Origin: Eledone cirrhosa | Lineage: Eukaryota | Assembly: GCA_964016885.1 (NCBI GenBank) | Contig: OZ024751.1 | Coordinates: 7,440,001-7,504,000 of the forward strand | Direction: 5' to 3' | DNA: 64,000 nucleotides | Notes under the pieces: generated by a model | The model's database searches: none | What the model was told of the DNA's origin: nothing | The model's input: the letters and a program-made list of their open reading frames with translations, nothing else | Made by a program: the position numbers and the translations under genes | Part shown: in pieces, positions 17,233-29,440 of the stretch | Layout of the letters: each line of letters opens with the position of its first letter | Numbering within the stretch: the stretch's first letter is position 1

Positions 17233-17425
17233 GGATTGGCAGTATCGGTAGAGGTACGGACGCCATGCTTTGACGCGTAGAGTTACGGCCCCTCTGAATT
17301 CAAATCCTGGCGAGGTTAACTTTGCCTTTCATCCTTACGGGGTCGATAAAATAAAGTACCAGTAATACACTGGGTAATTTGTTTGCCTTGTGCCAAAAGT
17401 AGAAACAATTATTATTATTATTATT
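17233..17425 (+). mobile_element. SINE family A with (ATT)n tail
   Basis: Full core and tail. Confidence 0.9.
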
Positions 17426-17429
17426 GCGT

Positions 17430-18530
17430 ATCATCACTGCATTGCTGATCGTAGCTTTCTGCATATTAGGTAGGTGTGGTCTGTTTTTTGTGGTGTTTTT
17501 CTTTCTATTCTATTCAGAATACTCTTCGTAATACGTGTGCAGTGCCTAGTAATGCTATTGTTGTATGCTGTATATTTGTGTATATCCTGGAGATTTCGAT
17601 ATGTATCTGCCTGTCTGTTTTTTACTGTTCTCAGAGCAACTATTATTATATATGTCTCTGTTTTTATCTTCCACATTTTATCTCTAAATCTAGAGCGTTA
17701 TACTAGGGGAGTTTCTCCATTTACTTGGAAGATATATTGACCTATATGCGGACTGATACATCGTGTAAGGACACAGTTTATCGTTGACTATAATACTCGG
17801 TCGGTTGAATTCGGTGCTGCTGTCCCTGTGTATTGTAATGTACCAGATAACGGTTACCTTGTCATTCTCTAGCAAGTTTTCTGCACCATTTTCTGTTGAT
17901 ATGTCATAATGTTGGCATACCTTCCAGTGGATGCAAATGCCAACTCTATCATATATGTGGATGTATTCCTTTTTTCGGCTAGGACTGGGTAGCCAGTCCT
18001 AACTACCGCTTATTTGTGCTTCTTTATGGACGTCTGGTGGTTTCTGGTGGGGAGGCTTTGATGTTCTGCTGCAATTATAAATCCTTCTTTCTCGTCTATT
18101 AGTCCAATGCTTTGTAGCCAGATTTGTGAGTTTTGCTTGTCCATTTACTATCTAATCAGTATTTTCGGCTATTTCCCATATAACGGTTTTTCTTGCCAAC
18201 TGGAGGTCTGTTTTCAAGCAATACATTGTTTTTCCCGATTTCTGTTAAACTTAACTTTTAATCCGGTTTCTGTTTGTAATTTGTTGTCTTGTTAATGTTT
18301 CCAGGTAATTTCTATTAACATTCTTTCTTCTACATTCGATATTTTTGTAATCCCACAGTAGTTATTTTCTTGTTCCATAAGACCCCATTCTCCTTGTGTT
18401 CGTGGTTGGTATAATCTTTCTACATCTGATTCTGGATGGTGAATTCTAAATAAAGTCGTTATACTTTCTCTCTATTCCAGGTCATTCTTTCAGTCGCCAG
18501 TTCAGATCTTTAAAATCTAATCTTATAATT
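17430..18530 (-). mobile_element. Decayed R4/Dong-like retrotransposon 3' portion
   Basis: MWKIKTETYIIIVALRTVK and LENDKVTVIWYITIHRDSSTEFNRPSII align with the 20-21 kb element. Confidence 0.75.
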
Positions 18531-18899
18531 TGAATCGTTATTACTATTTCCCTCAAATATCTGTACATTCATATGCATCCCACCGAGTTTTATTGAACAT
18601 CTGAGAAAGCAGGTGGCACATCATTGTACATTGCTTCAACAATACGCCATATACACCTGCAAAAACATACGTATAGAATGAATATAGGTTCAAAACATCT
18701 ATATAAAATATTTACGTATACATATAGCCAACAGAACCAATTAGAATATAGAGATTATACATCATTTCTACAAATATATATGCATTTAAAGACATACTTG
18801 AATACGAAATATAATGTACAAAGTGCCAAATTTGGTCCGTCGATGTATCGCATATACAAATTAAACACACGATAGAACGTGGTATCCTCTCCAACAATG

Positions 18900-19980
18900 A
18901 CATTGACATTGCTCTTCGCAAAATGATGTAGTGAGTAGGATTTTTTAAATATCTTATGTGTAAGCTTTACAAGGAATAACTTATATACAAGATTTATCAG
19001 TGCTCAACATCTAACTGGGATAATGGTTTCTTTAATGCCTGGTGCTTTTTTGAATCTCTATTTTAAATCATATTGCAGTCTATCATTTATTCATCGTTTA
19101 TTGTGATATCTAGTCTATTGCGGTTGCCTGTCGAGCCTATGTGTATAGGGAAATCCTACAGTATTTTGGATATTACCAATTGCAAGTATCAGATGTAGAC
19201 TGTATACTTACCAGTTTCCCGATGTCTTCTTCCATAAATGTGCCTATTTTCCGGTCGATGTCTCATCTGTTTTTTTATTCAGACGGTACTAATGTCGTGC
19301 AGACAGATACTATGTGGACCACCGTTTCGATATTTCAATCACTTAACTAAGAAATAAGATTTGCTGATACATTTTTTTGGCAACGTATTGATATTCTGCG
19401 GCCAGTATGAAATCTTTTGTTTGGGCTTTCAGTCCAGAGCTGGACGGTAATTACTGGGACAGGGCTTTGTTTGCACAAGCTTATATGATGCGAGCAATGT
19501 ATTGACCATGTAGAAAAATCATCTTACAATTTTGTTTTCATCATGTTGAAAGCATGCTTTGTTTTCTTTTATATTTATTGATATTTGCTGTCACTGTTAA
19601 TGGTAAAGGGGTTTTGTGCAGCTGGGCTGGGTTTCGAGTTATATACTTTTTTTTATTATTAATGATTGGTTTGATCACGGAATAAAGTGTGTTGGTTTCG
19701 TGTTCAGTTACTATATCTCACACTTAAACGTTGGTTGTTTCAAAATATAGGTGCAAGTCTGTAGTGGTTATCTTGTGGGTTAGCTCCAATTGGATTAGAA
19801 CTGTGCCTTCCTCTGGTCTGGGCGTAGAGATTAGATCTATTTCCAATGCAGAATGATGTATATAGTAAAAGGTGAAAACTATATAGGTTTCACAAATGAT
19901 ATTTATGTCTTTTGCTGCCACCTAAATTCATTAAAGCTATACTGCACAACACATACAGCTGCCGTGTTCATTGCATATAT
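18900..19980 (-). mobile_element. Heavily decayed R4/Dong-like retrotransposon 3' portion
   Basis: EIDLISTPRPEEGT resembles DIDRIYLPRKEGG; SSGLKAQTKDFILAA resembles SSGLKSETEG.I.AAQ. Confidence 0.6.
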
Positions 19981-20008
19981 TCTTATTATAATAATAATAA
20001 TAATAATA

Positions 20009-21438
20009 AAGGATAAGGAAGGAATGTTACCGCAGAGTAAGAGCAATCTTAAGAACGGAATTGAATGCAAGGAATAGGATCGATGCCATAAACACGCTTG
20101 CCATACCAGTAGTAACCTACAGTTACAATGTCATCAACTGGTAAAACACAGAGATCCGTAGGCTCGATACAAAAATTCGAAAATTCTTAACCATGCACAG
20201 AATGCATCACCCTAAGGCAGATATAGATAGAATATATCTCCCTAGGAAAGAAGGAGGACGTGGGTTAAGCCAGTTAGACATTGCGTTGAAAACTTCAACA
20301 ATTGGATTATCTACATATCTAAGGGAATCACATGATTGGATGATCAAACTCGTTTTGAAACACGAAAGCATCAAAATATCATATTCCATTACAAAAGATG
20401 CACAAAGATACAGTAATGGACTACAAATTTCAGAAGTCTCATTTACTGCTGAAATGGAAAACACAGAAAAAGCAAAGCAGGTAAAAGTAACTGCAAAGAA
20501 AGAACTGCTACAGAAACTGGCTAAGAAATGGCAAGAAAAGCCTCTGTATGGAAAATACCCAGAGCGAGCTAACAATCCCGATGTTGACAAAACTTTAACC
20601 CATCAGTGGTTGGCATCCTCTGGACAGGAAATCGGAGATTGAAGGACTGATTATATCAGCACAAGATCAGTGTCTGCTAACAAAAAATTACCAACCCAAC
20701 ATAATAAAAAATGGATGCAGCCCATTATGCCGTGTATGCAAAAAACAACCAGTGACCATTGACCATATAATTTCAATGTGCAGTCCTATAGCTCCAACCG
20801 AATACCTAAACAGGCATGACAGAGCTGCACAATACATACATTGGATAATGTGTAAGCATTTTGACCTGCCCCATCAAAAGAATTGGTGGGAGCATCAACC
20901 ACCTCCCATACTTGAAAAAGATCACATCTCAATCTTGTGGAACTTTAGCATCCACACAGACCGAAAAATAGATGCAAATAGACCTGATATAATATTGAAG
21001 GACTTTAAAAAGAGGGTATGCCTGCTAATTGATATGTCTGTTCCAATAGACAAGAATGTATCTATAAAAACATTTGAAAAATTGAGCAAGTATAAGGACC
21101 TGGAGATAGAAATTGGAAAAATGTAGAAGTTGAGAACTAAAACAATACCGGTGGTTGTAGGCGCTCTGGGAATGATACCTAAGGGGTCTAATGATTACTT
21201 ATCGCAAATCCCAGGAAACCCGCGTATAGGAGAAATACAAAAGATAGTACTAATGGGAACTGCCCATATTATAAGGAAGATTCTTTCAATATAAGTACAT
21301 CACAAGTCTAAACACTAAAGATGCATGTGTGAGTATGTATGTTCTTTCTTGAACATGGCGGACCTTGTTGTCTCTTGAGGTCACTGGTTGTGACTTGGTG
21401 ATAACTCGTATGAACATAAAGCAAGATAAATGCAACTG

Positions 21439-21464
<26 letters not shown>
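20009..21464 (+). mobile_element. 5'-truncated R4/Dong-like non-LTR retrotransposon (post-RT region, zinc knuckle, RLE endonuclease, 3'UTR), pseudogenised, inserted in (TAA)n
   Basis: HHPKADIDRIYLPRKEGGRGL; CRVC..HIISMC..RHD; RPDII..D..EK..KY.DL; QKIVLMGTAHIIRKIL, stop at 21294. A few stops and one frameshift. (TAA)n on both flanks. Confidence 0.92.
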
Positions 21465-21470
<6 letters not shown>

Positions 21471-21573
21471 ATTATTTTTATTTCAACCAACACCAATATT
21501 ATCAAAAGCGTGTGTTTGTTGCCATCGTTTCAATATCTATGCTAAAACACACTCCTTCACACATGCAGGTAGT

Positions 21574-21611
<38 letters not shown>

Positions 21612-21685
21612 TAGGAGAAAGTATGACCCTGACGGCAGAGCTCATGCCGTTTCGCCGGCGACTATTTCTGGACTAAATTAAGAGT
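21612..21685 (-). mobile_element. Micro-insert with the 3' half of a hammerhead
   Basis: Reverse complement: GAAA-CGGCA-tgagctc-TGCCG-TC. Related copies at 31860-31921 and 37794-37926. Confidence 0.6.
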
Positions 21686-21786
21686 ATTATATATATATAT
21701 ATAAGCGATTCTTTACTTAAACTTTAATATATTATTTTAATTAATATATATATATATATATTCATATATATATATATATATATATA

Positions 21787-22088
21787 GTATAAAAGACAAA
21801 ACACAGGTAAGCATTAAGATAAGGATTTTATCCAGGTATTTACGACCGTTTCATTGGTAAGTGCAACCTTATATTGCTATACTGCAAATAGCTGCCACTG
21901 AATTATAATTGTTGTTCAGAGTCCAAATTTTCAAAATATTTTGAAAATTTGGACTGTGAACAACAATTATAATTGAGTGACTGCTATTTGCTGTATAGCA
22001 ATATAAGGTTGCACTTTCCAATGAAACGGTCGTAAATACCGGGATCAAATCCTTCTCTTAATGCTTACCTGTGTTTTCTCTTTTACAC
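21787..22088. repeat. Spacer-less 302-bp palindrome
   Basis: 151-bp arms centred at 21937/21938 (tccaaattttcaaaat|attttgaaaatttgga), 11 mismatches. Confidence 0.95.
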
Positions 22089-22215
22089 TTTATACACCAA
22101 GATTGAACGGAATTCTTACAAACTTGTTCAGTTAACCCTAATCGTCCGTTGAAACCTTCCATGAAACTGGCTTTCTTAACCACGAACTGGATCATAAAAA
22201 TAAATTTTCTGCTTC

Positions 22216-22247
<32 letters not shown>

Positions 22248-22251
22248 ATAG

Positions 22252-23515
22252 AATAACAGAGATAGTTTAAAGCTAAACTCTGACTGGTAACCATCTCACT
22301 CAACAAACATTAGGTTATATTAAAATATAAACCCAATATAAGTGTTTGGGGTGCTAACAATATCTATAATGTGGAAAAACCAGTTGTATTATTTTATGAG
22401 ATATAATTAAAGTTAAAGTATATCTCTCTTTCCAAACAATTGTTTCATTATAAGTGTTCTACAAGTTTCGGAGAATGTTTCCAGTTTATGTAGAAGCCTA
22501 ATATATATTCATGTAAGAATATATTTAGGTGGGCACTTATAAATCATCAGTGGAAGCCTATTAAACATTGATATAAGAAAACAATTTCTTACCGCTGTCA
22601 AAAATCATGTCCATAAAGTTGCTCTCTCTCACCTCGAATGACCGCCAAATTTGAAATTCCAGCAGTATTTGACTGAGGAGGTATCATAGCGACACGAAGC
22701 GGGAAGGGGAGACAACCCACGAAATGAGGAAAAAAAATATTATACACGCGGGTTAATTAGTTTTTTTGAAAACATTATCAATCCAACGTGTTTAAGAACT
22801 CAATTGAAAATAAAAAAATAAATATATGCTTGTATAAATTACACACGCATATAGATATTTTCTTAGGCTAATCAGAAGTTGTACCCGAATAAGAACCGCT
22901 TCTCATAACCGCAGTAAATGCAGAAAGTTATGCTATAAAGGGCAAATGGGAATATAATTCTCCGGCCGAATTATTAAGAGTAAAATATAAAACACACGCG
23001 GGTTAATTAGTTATTTCAAAACCAATATTAATTCCTCGTGTAAAGAACTCAATTAATAAAAGAAAATAAATACATATATGCATGTAATTATATACGTAGG
23101 CATATATATATATTTTCCTAGGCTAAAAAAGAGAGAAGTTACAACCAAAAAAAGCCACAATATTTCACAACAGTAATAAATACGGAAAGTCAAATTCATA
23201 AGGTACCTGGAAATAAACACCTCTGGCCAATCAAGAGTAAATATTTAATACAATAACAGAGATAGTTTAAAGCTAAACTCTGACTGGTAACCATCTCACT
23301 CAACAAACATTAGGTTATATTAAAATATAAATCCAATTTAAGTGTTTGGGGTGCTAACAATATGTATAATGTGGAAATACCAGTTGTATTATTTTATGAG
23401 ATATAATTAAAGTTAAAGTATATCTCTCTTTCCAAACAATTGTTTCATTATAAGTTTTCTATAGTTTGGGAGAATGTTTCCAGTTTATGTAGAAGCCTAA
23501 TATATATTCATGTAA

Positions 23516-23523
<8 letters not shown>
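22252..23523 (-). mobile_element. Non-coding element with ~270-bp terminal direct repeats, flanked by (TA)n (non-autonomous Penelope-like?)
   Basis: 22252-22524 nearly identical to 23252-23523 (period 1000). Internal diverged duplication ~22743-22985 vs ~22995-23240. Strand inferred from a weak hammerhead-like motif. Confidence 0.7.
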
Positions 23524-23575
<52 letters not shown>

Positions 23576-24494
23576 TAATACACACACGTATATGTGTGTG
23601 TGTGTACGTGATCACATCAGGCAACCAGAACATATAAATATACCTAATGTTTGTTGAACGAATTAAACGATATGAACACAGCAAAACAAAATAAAGTAAC
23701 TGAAAACTGATTCTCTTTATTCACTGACGTTATTTTTCTTTTTGCCAAGCATCTTCTACTAATCAAGATAAATTTATCAACAAGAAGAGACTTGCTCAGC
23801 TAAATCCACATTGTTTCCAATAGCTACGGCTGTAGAAGTAGATAGTGAACAAATCAGCATGTATGTATTTATACATTACCTCTTGATGCAAGTAGTTAAA
23901 TATACTTATTTATGTATGTATATATGTATCTGTTAGAACACGAAAAGTGTGAAACACAGAATGTTCACTTTTCGTGTTCTAACATATATGCCTAGCTTCT
24001 TTAAAAATTTTTCGGGGATAGCCGTGGTGGTGATCGCATGTCATTGGCTAATTTTCAACCAATCAGAGTACCTCTCTCTATATCTCTTCCACTGTTACTT
24101 ACGCCTGTTTCTCTCTATCTGTTCCGTCTCTATTTATATCTCTTACTCTTTCGCTTTGCACTCCTCCCCTTCAATACCATCTCTCCCCCTCTCTATATAT
24201 TTGTTACTCTATCGCTGCACGCTCCTCTCCTTCAATATATCAATTACACACGCTTTACACTCCTTTATCCCCAGCGCCCCTATATATACACCCCCTCTCC
24301 CGCATCTATATTTTAATGTACCGTTGCACCGTGAATACATGTGTCTATATATATATATACATATATATTGTATATACACATTCATGTATGTGTATACACA
24401 CTCATGTATGTATATACACTGGTTTTATGTGTGTATTGTAAATTTGTACTGTTAAAACACGAAACTAACATTCGATTGACACTTTGATTACCTG

Positions 24495-24556
24495 TACAGG
24501 CAATAGTTATTAGAATGCTGTTGAAGTGTGCATATATTTTTGGGGGACATCCTGTA
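24495..24556. mobile_element. Tc1/mariner-type TIR remnant
   Basis: aagtgtgcatatatttttgggggacatcctgta; reverse complement resembles a TACAGGGTGTCCC terminus ending at TA. Confidence 0.45.
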
Positions 24557-24915
24557 TATACACACATTATATATAATACAATAAACAGATAAATACACAC
24601 ATATATATATGAGCTTATTTAATTATAAATATTGTGAATTTTTAACTCAGTTCAATTATATATATAAATGGCTTCTACAGGACTAGAACTGTTTCATTCG
24701 AAAGAAATCATCATAATATTGAGAGGGGGGACTAGATAAAATATTTCAAATCAAATGTGTATAAGTTATAAGTTAAAATGTATAAATAGAGACGATAGTG
24801 GAGGTATATCTGTTTAGTGGAACAGTAGACGATAGAATTAAATACAGACGATAATCTCCCTTTAATGAAACAGCAGACGATAGAATTAAGGCAATTTAAA
24901 TTTTAAGCATTTGCA

Positions 24916-24968
24916 TTTTTGCCTTTCATCGTTACGGGGTCGATAAAATAAAGTACCAGTAATACACT
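24916..24968 (+). mobile_element. SINE family A core fragment
   Basis: gcctttcatc..tacggggtcgataaaataaagtaccagtaatacactg. Confidence 0.8.
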
Positions 24969-25116
24969 GTCACTAGACGACTTTCAAATTGAATTGTTGG
25001 TTCCATTTCTTTAGTATTTTCAATTGTAGTTATCTACTTAAAAAGCGTTACACGGTTAGAGACATAATTCGTAAGTTATATCTTCCCTATTAAACCATTG
25101 CATTATTTCGCCTACA

Positions 25117-25307
25117 GGGCGGTGAATTGGCAGTATCGGTAGAGGGTTGGACGCCATGCTTTCTAGCATAGTTACGTCCCTTTACAGTCTGAGTTCAAAT
25201 CCCGCCGAGGTTAACTTTGCCTTTCATCCTTACGGGGTCGATAAAATAAAGTACCAGTAATGTACTGGGTAATTTGCTGGCCTTGTGCCTAAAGTAGAAA
25301 CAATTAT
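25117..25307 (+). mobile_element. SINE family A, full length with a 15-bp TSD
   Basis: TSD attatttcgcctaca at 25102-25116 and 25303-25317. Confidence 0.95.
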
Positions 25308-25526
25308 TTCGCCTACAATAGAACAAAAATGAAATGTTCTTTAAAGAAACAGGAATATAACTTTATAAAAAAAAAAGTTGCATCCGCTTCTTTTATCATT
25401 GATAATTTTTTCGTTTTAATATTAATTGTTTTTTGCAGTTGTTTATATTAAAAATCTTACTGTAATATTTACTTAAACGAAGGCAAACATCTAAACTTAT
25501 AGATTAATCTTGAGCGAAGGACTAGA

Positions 25527-25621
<95 letters not shown>

Positions 25622-26014
25622 GAAGAATGATAAAATTTCAAGCAAAGAGTTTAATTAGGTATATTTTGTAATATTATTAACTAATTATTATAATTAACGC
25701 GCATATTTTGCTATCCTCAAACACGTTTACACATGGCATGAAATATAACTAATCCGAGATGGCTAGGTTTCATCTTCTAACTGGATAAACGAAATCCATT
25801 ATGTCTTGACAACAACATGAGGTAACATTATGTTATTCACAGACACACTTTGTACACTGTTCCATATCAGAATGTATTTCCTTCGTCACATTCACAAACA
25901 GTATTGAAAATATGTTCTTCGGCAAATAAAAATGTTTTGTTCATAATATTTCAACTAGCGATTGCTCTACTTCACGCACGACCACCATAAATTAATGACC
26001 AGCTCAACACAAGT

Positions 26015-26185
26015 ATTGGTAGAGCGTCAGACACCATGCTTTGCAGTATTGTTATGGTCCTTTGCATTCTAAGTTCAAATCCTGCCGAGGTTAACTTCGA
26101 CTTTCATACTTACTAATTCGATAAAATAAAGTACCAGTAATGGACTGCCGTAATGGATTTGTGCCGAAAAATAGAAACACTATTA
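26015..26185 (+). mobile_element. SINE family A, diverged
   Basis: agtattggtagagcgtcagacaccatgc...aagttcaaatcctgccgagg. Confidence 0.8.
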
Positions 26186-26735
26186 ATGTGCAATAAGAGC
26201 AAAATATAACGACATTGCTCAATTATTTTATCTAATGTTGTAATAACACAAGGAAATGTTGTTTGTGTATTTTTTTTTATATTTGCTCATAGGCTTTTAC
26301 AATTTCGCTCAGCCAACAACTATTAAAAAGTGAGTTGCTTAAGATAACAATTTAATCACAAATTGTTGCTATCTTTTAATACACTCCAACAAGTCATCAA
26401 ATTATGTACAATAAAAACAAATCTTATTAATTTGCTCAGGGAATATAAAGAAAATGTATATACACTGATAATTGCAAATGTATGTAAATATTTTGTTTTT
26501 GTATTGTATATTTTATGTTTTCTATTATGTATAATATATTGATTTAATATTGATTGTTTTTTGTAGTTGTTTATATTAAAAGTCTGAAAATATTTTTATA
26601 CATCTTACACTAATATTTATAAGATAATTTATAATAACAATTACATAATCTAATTACATTACAACGATAATTTATTATTAATATATATCCTGTTTAACTA
26701 GAGTTATTACAAGCGTTGCCTTAAAAAAATATTAA

Positions 26736-27692
26736 ACTAGACATGAAAAATGCGCAAGCTCAAAAGTGCCACAGAATGTTATAATAAACCTTCAAAAGTG
26801 TGGGACTAGAGTTGTTGCTAAAAAATATTGTAATCATTATATATCGTACGTTCTGTGGCATCCTTTATAAAAATAGCTTAAACCAACGAAGCCTTTATTT
26901 TTACGCTATTTCACTTAGTTAATTCTTAGAGTGTAACATATAAAAATAAATACATCTATGTTTAATGTAATAACAGCTATAAATAATTACGTAATATTAT
27001 TATCATATACTCATAGTAACAAAATAATTGTGTTGAAACTTAATATGATGCTTATATGAACGATCAAATCTATAATGATAATTTCTTAAATATACTAATA
27101 GTAAAATAATTTAGTTATCTATTGTTACATTTTCATAGAACTATAATATTAACAATCGTATTGCATTATCAAATTTTTATCACTACAAACTTTCATATTG
27201 GAATTACCTTAAGCCACTTATTATTACTTCGCTTTCGTACTTTTACAGCTGTAGATATTGCGCTGTATCTTATATCTAATATCAATATCTCGTGGTAATT
27301 TGCATGAAGTGTAAAATAGGTTTATTAATAACTTTAATATGAAATGTATTATACAGGGCTGCGGAGTCGGTCAAAAATTGACTGGCTCCAACTCAGGATC
27401 CGATACTCCATTATTTCCTAAATTTCAGCTCCGCAGCTCTGTTATTATATTAATTAATTTATTTTATAGTTGTAAATCATATTTTTATATGTTACACTCT
27501 AAGAATTAACTAAGTGAAATAGCGTAAAAATAAAGGCTTCGTTGGTTTAAGCTATTTTTATAAAGGATGCCACAGAATGTACGATATATAATGATTACAA
27601 TATTTTTTAGCAACAACTCTAGTCCCACACTTTTGAAGGTTTATTATAACATTCTGTGGCACTTTTGAGCTTGCGCATTTTTCATGTCTAGT
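26736..27692. repeat. 213-bp near-perfect inverted repeat with a ~530-bp spacer
   Basis: Arms 26736-26948 and 27480-27692; one mismatch seen; right end abuts (TA)n. Confidence 0.95.
27354..27441. mobile_element. 88-bp MITE, hAT-like
   Basis: TIR cagggctgcggag / ctccgcagctctg; 8-bp TSD-like gtattata / ttattata. Confidence 0.7.
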
Positions 27693-27699
27693 ATATATA

Positions 27700-27772
<73 letters not shown>

Positions 27773-29312
27773 AAGTGTGTGTGTAAGTGTGTGTGTGCGT
27801 ATGTGGGTTTGTGTGTGTGTATGTGTGTGTCTATATACATATATGTGTATATATATATATATTTATACATGTGTATGCATGCATACACACACCCATGCGC
27901 ACACACACACACAGCTATATATAGTTATATATAAATTTGTTTTATTTCATGCATTTGAGATTACCCGAATAATCATGCTGTTTCGTTCTATTATTCAAAA
28001 TGTTGAGATAGAAGGAAACGTGAATGAACTCATTTAAAATGGAAGCAAAAACAAAACGAAGCATCTCTAACAGGCGTATACAGACATACACGCGCAGATG
28101 CACAAACACACCCCCACCGGTGCATGCATGAGAATATTACCACGTGTATATACATGGACTCATTTGCATCTGAATTATGGTGAATTGAAAAAAAAAAAAA
28201 AGAAACCATTAGCGTGGAAATGAATTAGGAACGTGGAACGATTCATGAATGTAATACAAGAATCGTTCATAAAAAGAAAACTAATATACGGATATGTAGG
28301 TTATTGCTAGTGATAGGGGAAGAAGGTCGACTGAAAAAAAATTGTGCGTCTTAAATTTTCATGAATACATTTTTAAATCTTTGCTGAATAGCAGTTAAAT
28401 ATGTTTTTTTTTAGCAACTAAATGATACTAAAGTCCTCTATTGGGCAATATTTCACGTGTATTTCTCTCTGTCAAGTGTGTTGCTTCTAGACAACCAAAC
28501 CCATTTAGATGATATAGTATTTACTTTTCATTAAGTATAACATATAATGAGCTAAAGAAATGTTTGCTTATCTCGGGTCATCGCAATGGAAATATTCTAG
28601 ACGTTTCCTGATTTAATTCAATAATGCTCATCTTGGAAAAAAGATATTCACGTGCTTCAGAGAAAACTCTATGTGCTAGGAGTAGAGGGCACACCATATC
28701 AAACCCTGCCGTTTTAAAAAAAGTGACAAGTTACATAATATACACCAAGGAACAAAAAGCAAGGAAAAGGCACTACATAGCCATGCACAATATGCCTTTG
28801 TAAATTGATCTGCTTTATATAGTCTGAGCCTGGATTAAACTAGAAGTAAAGATTATACAACACATTCATACATCCCTCCTATACACACGCAACACACACA
28901 TTTACACACGTACAAACACACTAACACACACACATATATATTCAAATGTATGCCTGAGTGTCTGCGTATGTACAGATAAACATAGAGGTAAAATTCTGAA
29001 CAAATCGAAGATTATGTGTAGCAAATATGCGTGGAGATGCACAGGCGTGTATTTAAAGTATATATTTTCCATTAATCCGACAAAACAAATATTTCCATAT
29101 TTTGTACACGATGTAAATTCATGTTCTGTCAAATATTACTCATAGATTTCGATTGATTATGAGAATATTCCCAATGTATAATTATTTTACTTTAGTAATT
29201 TGAATTCTTATAGTGGGTGATTTATTGAAATTATGGTATTTTCTATCAGAGGCGAATAAGTATATGTTAAACTGATACATTTCTTCATCGAACTGTGTAG
29301 TTTGCATTGTTA

Positions 29313-29440
29313 TTGGTCTAGTGATAAGTGTTGGAATTAAGAACATAATGTCGTGTGTTCAAATCCATGACTACATTCTGTCTTGTGTTCTTTAGCTAAA
29401 CATTTAATTTCACGTTGTTCCAATATACTGAATTGAGTAG
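29313..29440 (+). mobile_element. SINE family B, old copy
   Basis: gtgttcaaatcc...gtgttctttagctaaacatttaatttcacgttgttcca, similar to 38066-38185. Confidence 0.6.

Noticed and set aside
24785-24890. ~48-bp tandem duplication (aacag.agacgatagaattaa)
   Set aside because: Ordinary local duplication, two copies only.
25117-25205. tRNA-like A/B boxes
   Set aside because: These are SINE heads with no complete cloverleaf, not tRNA genes.
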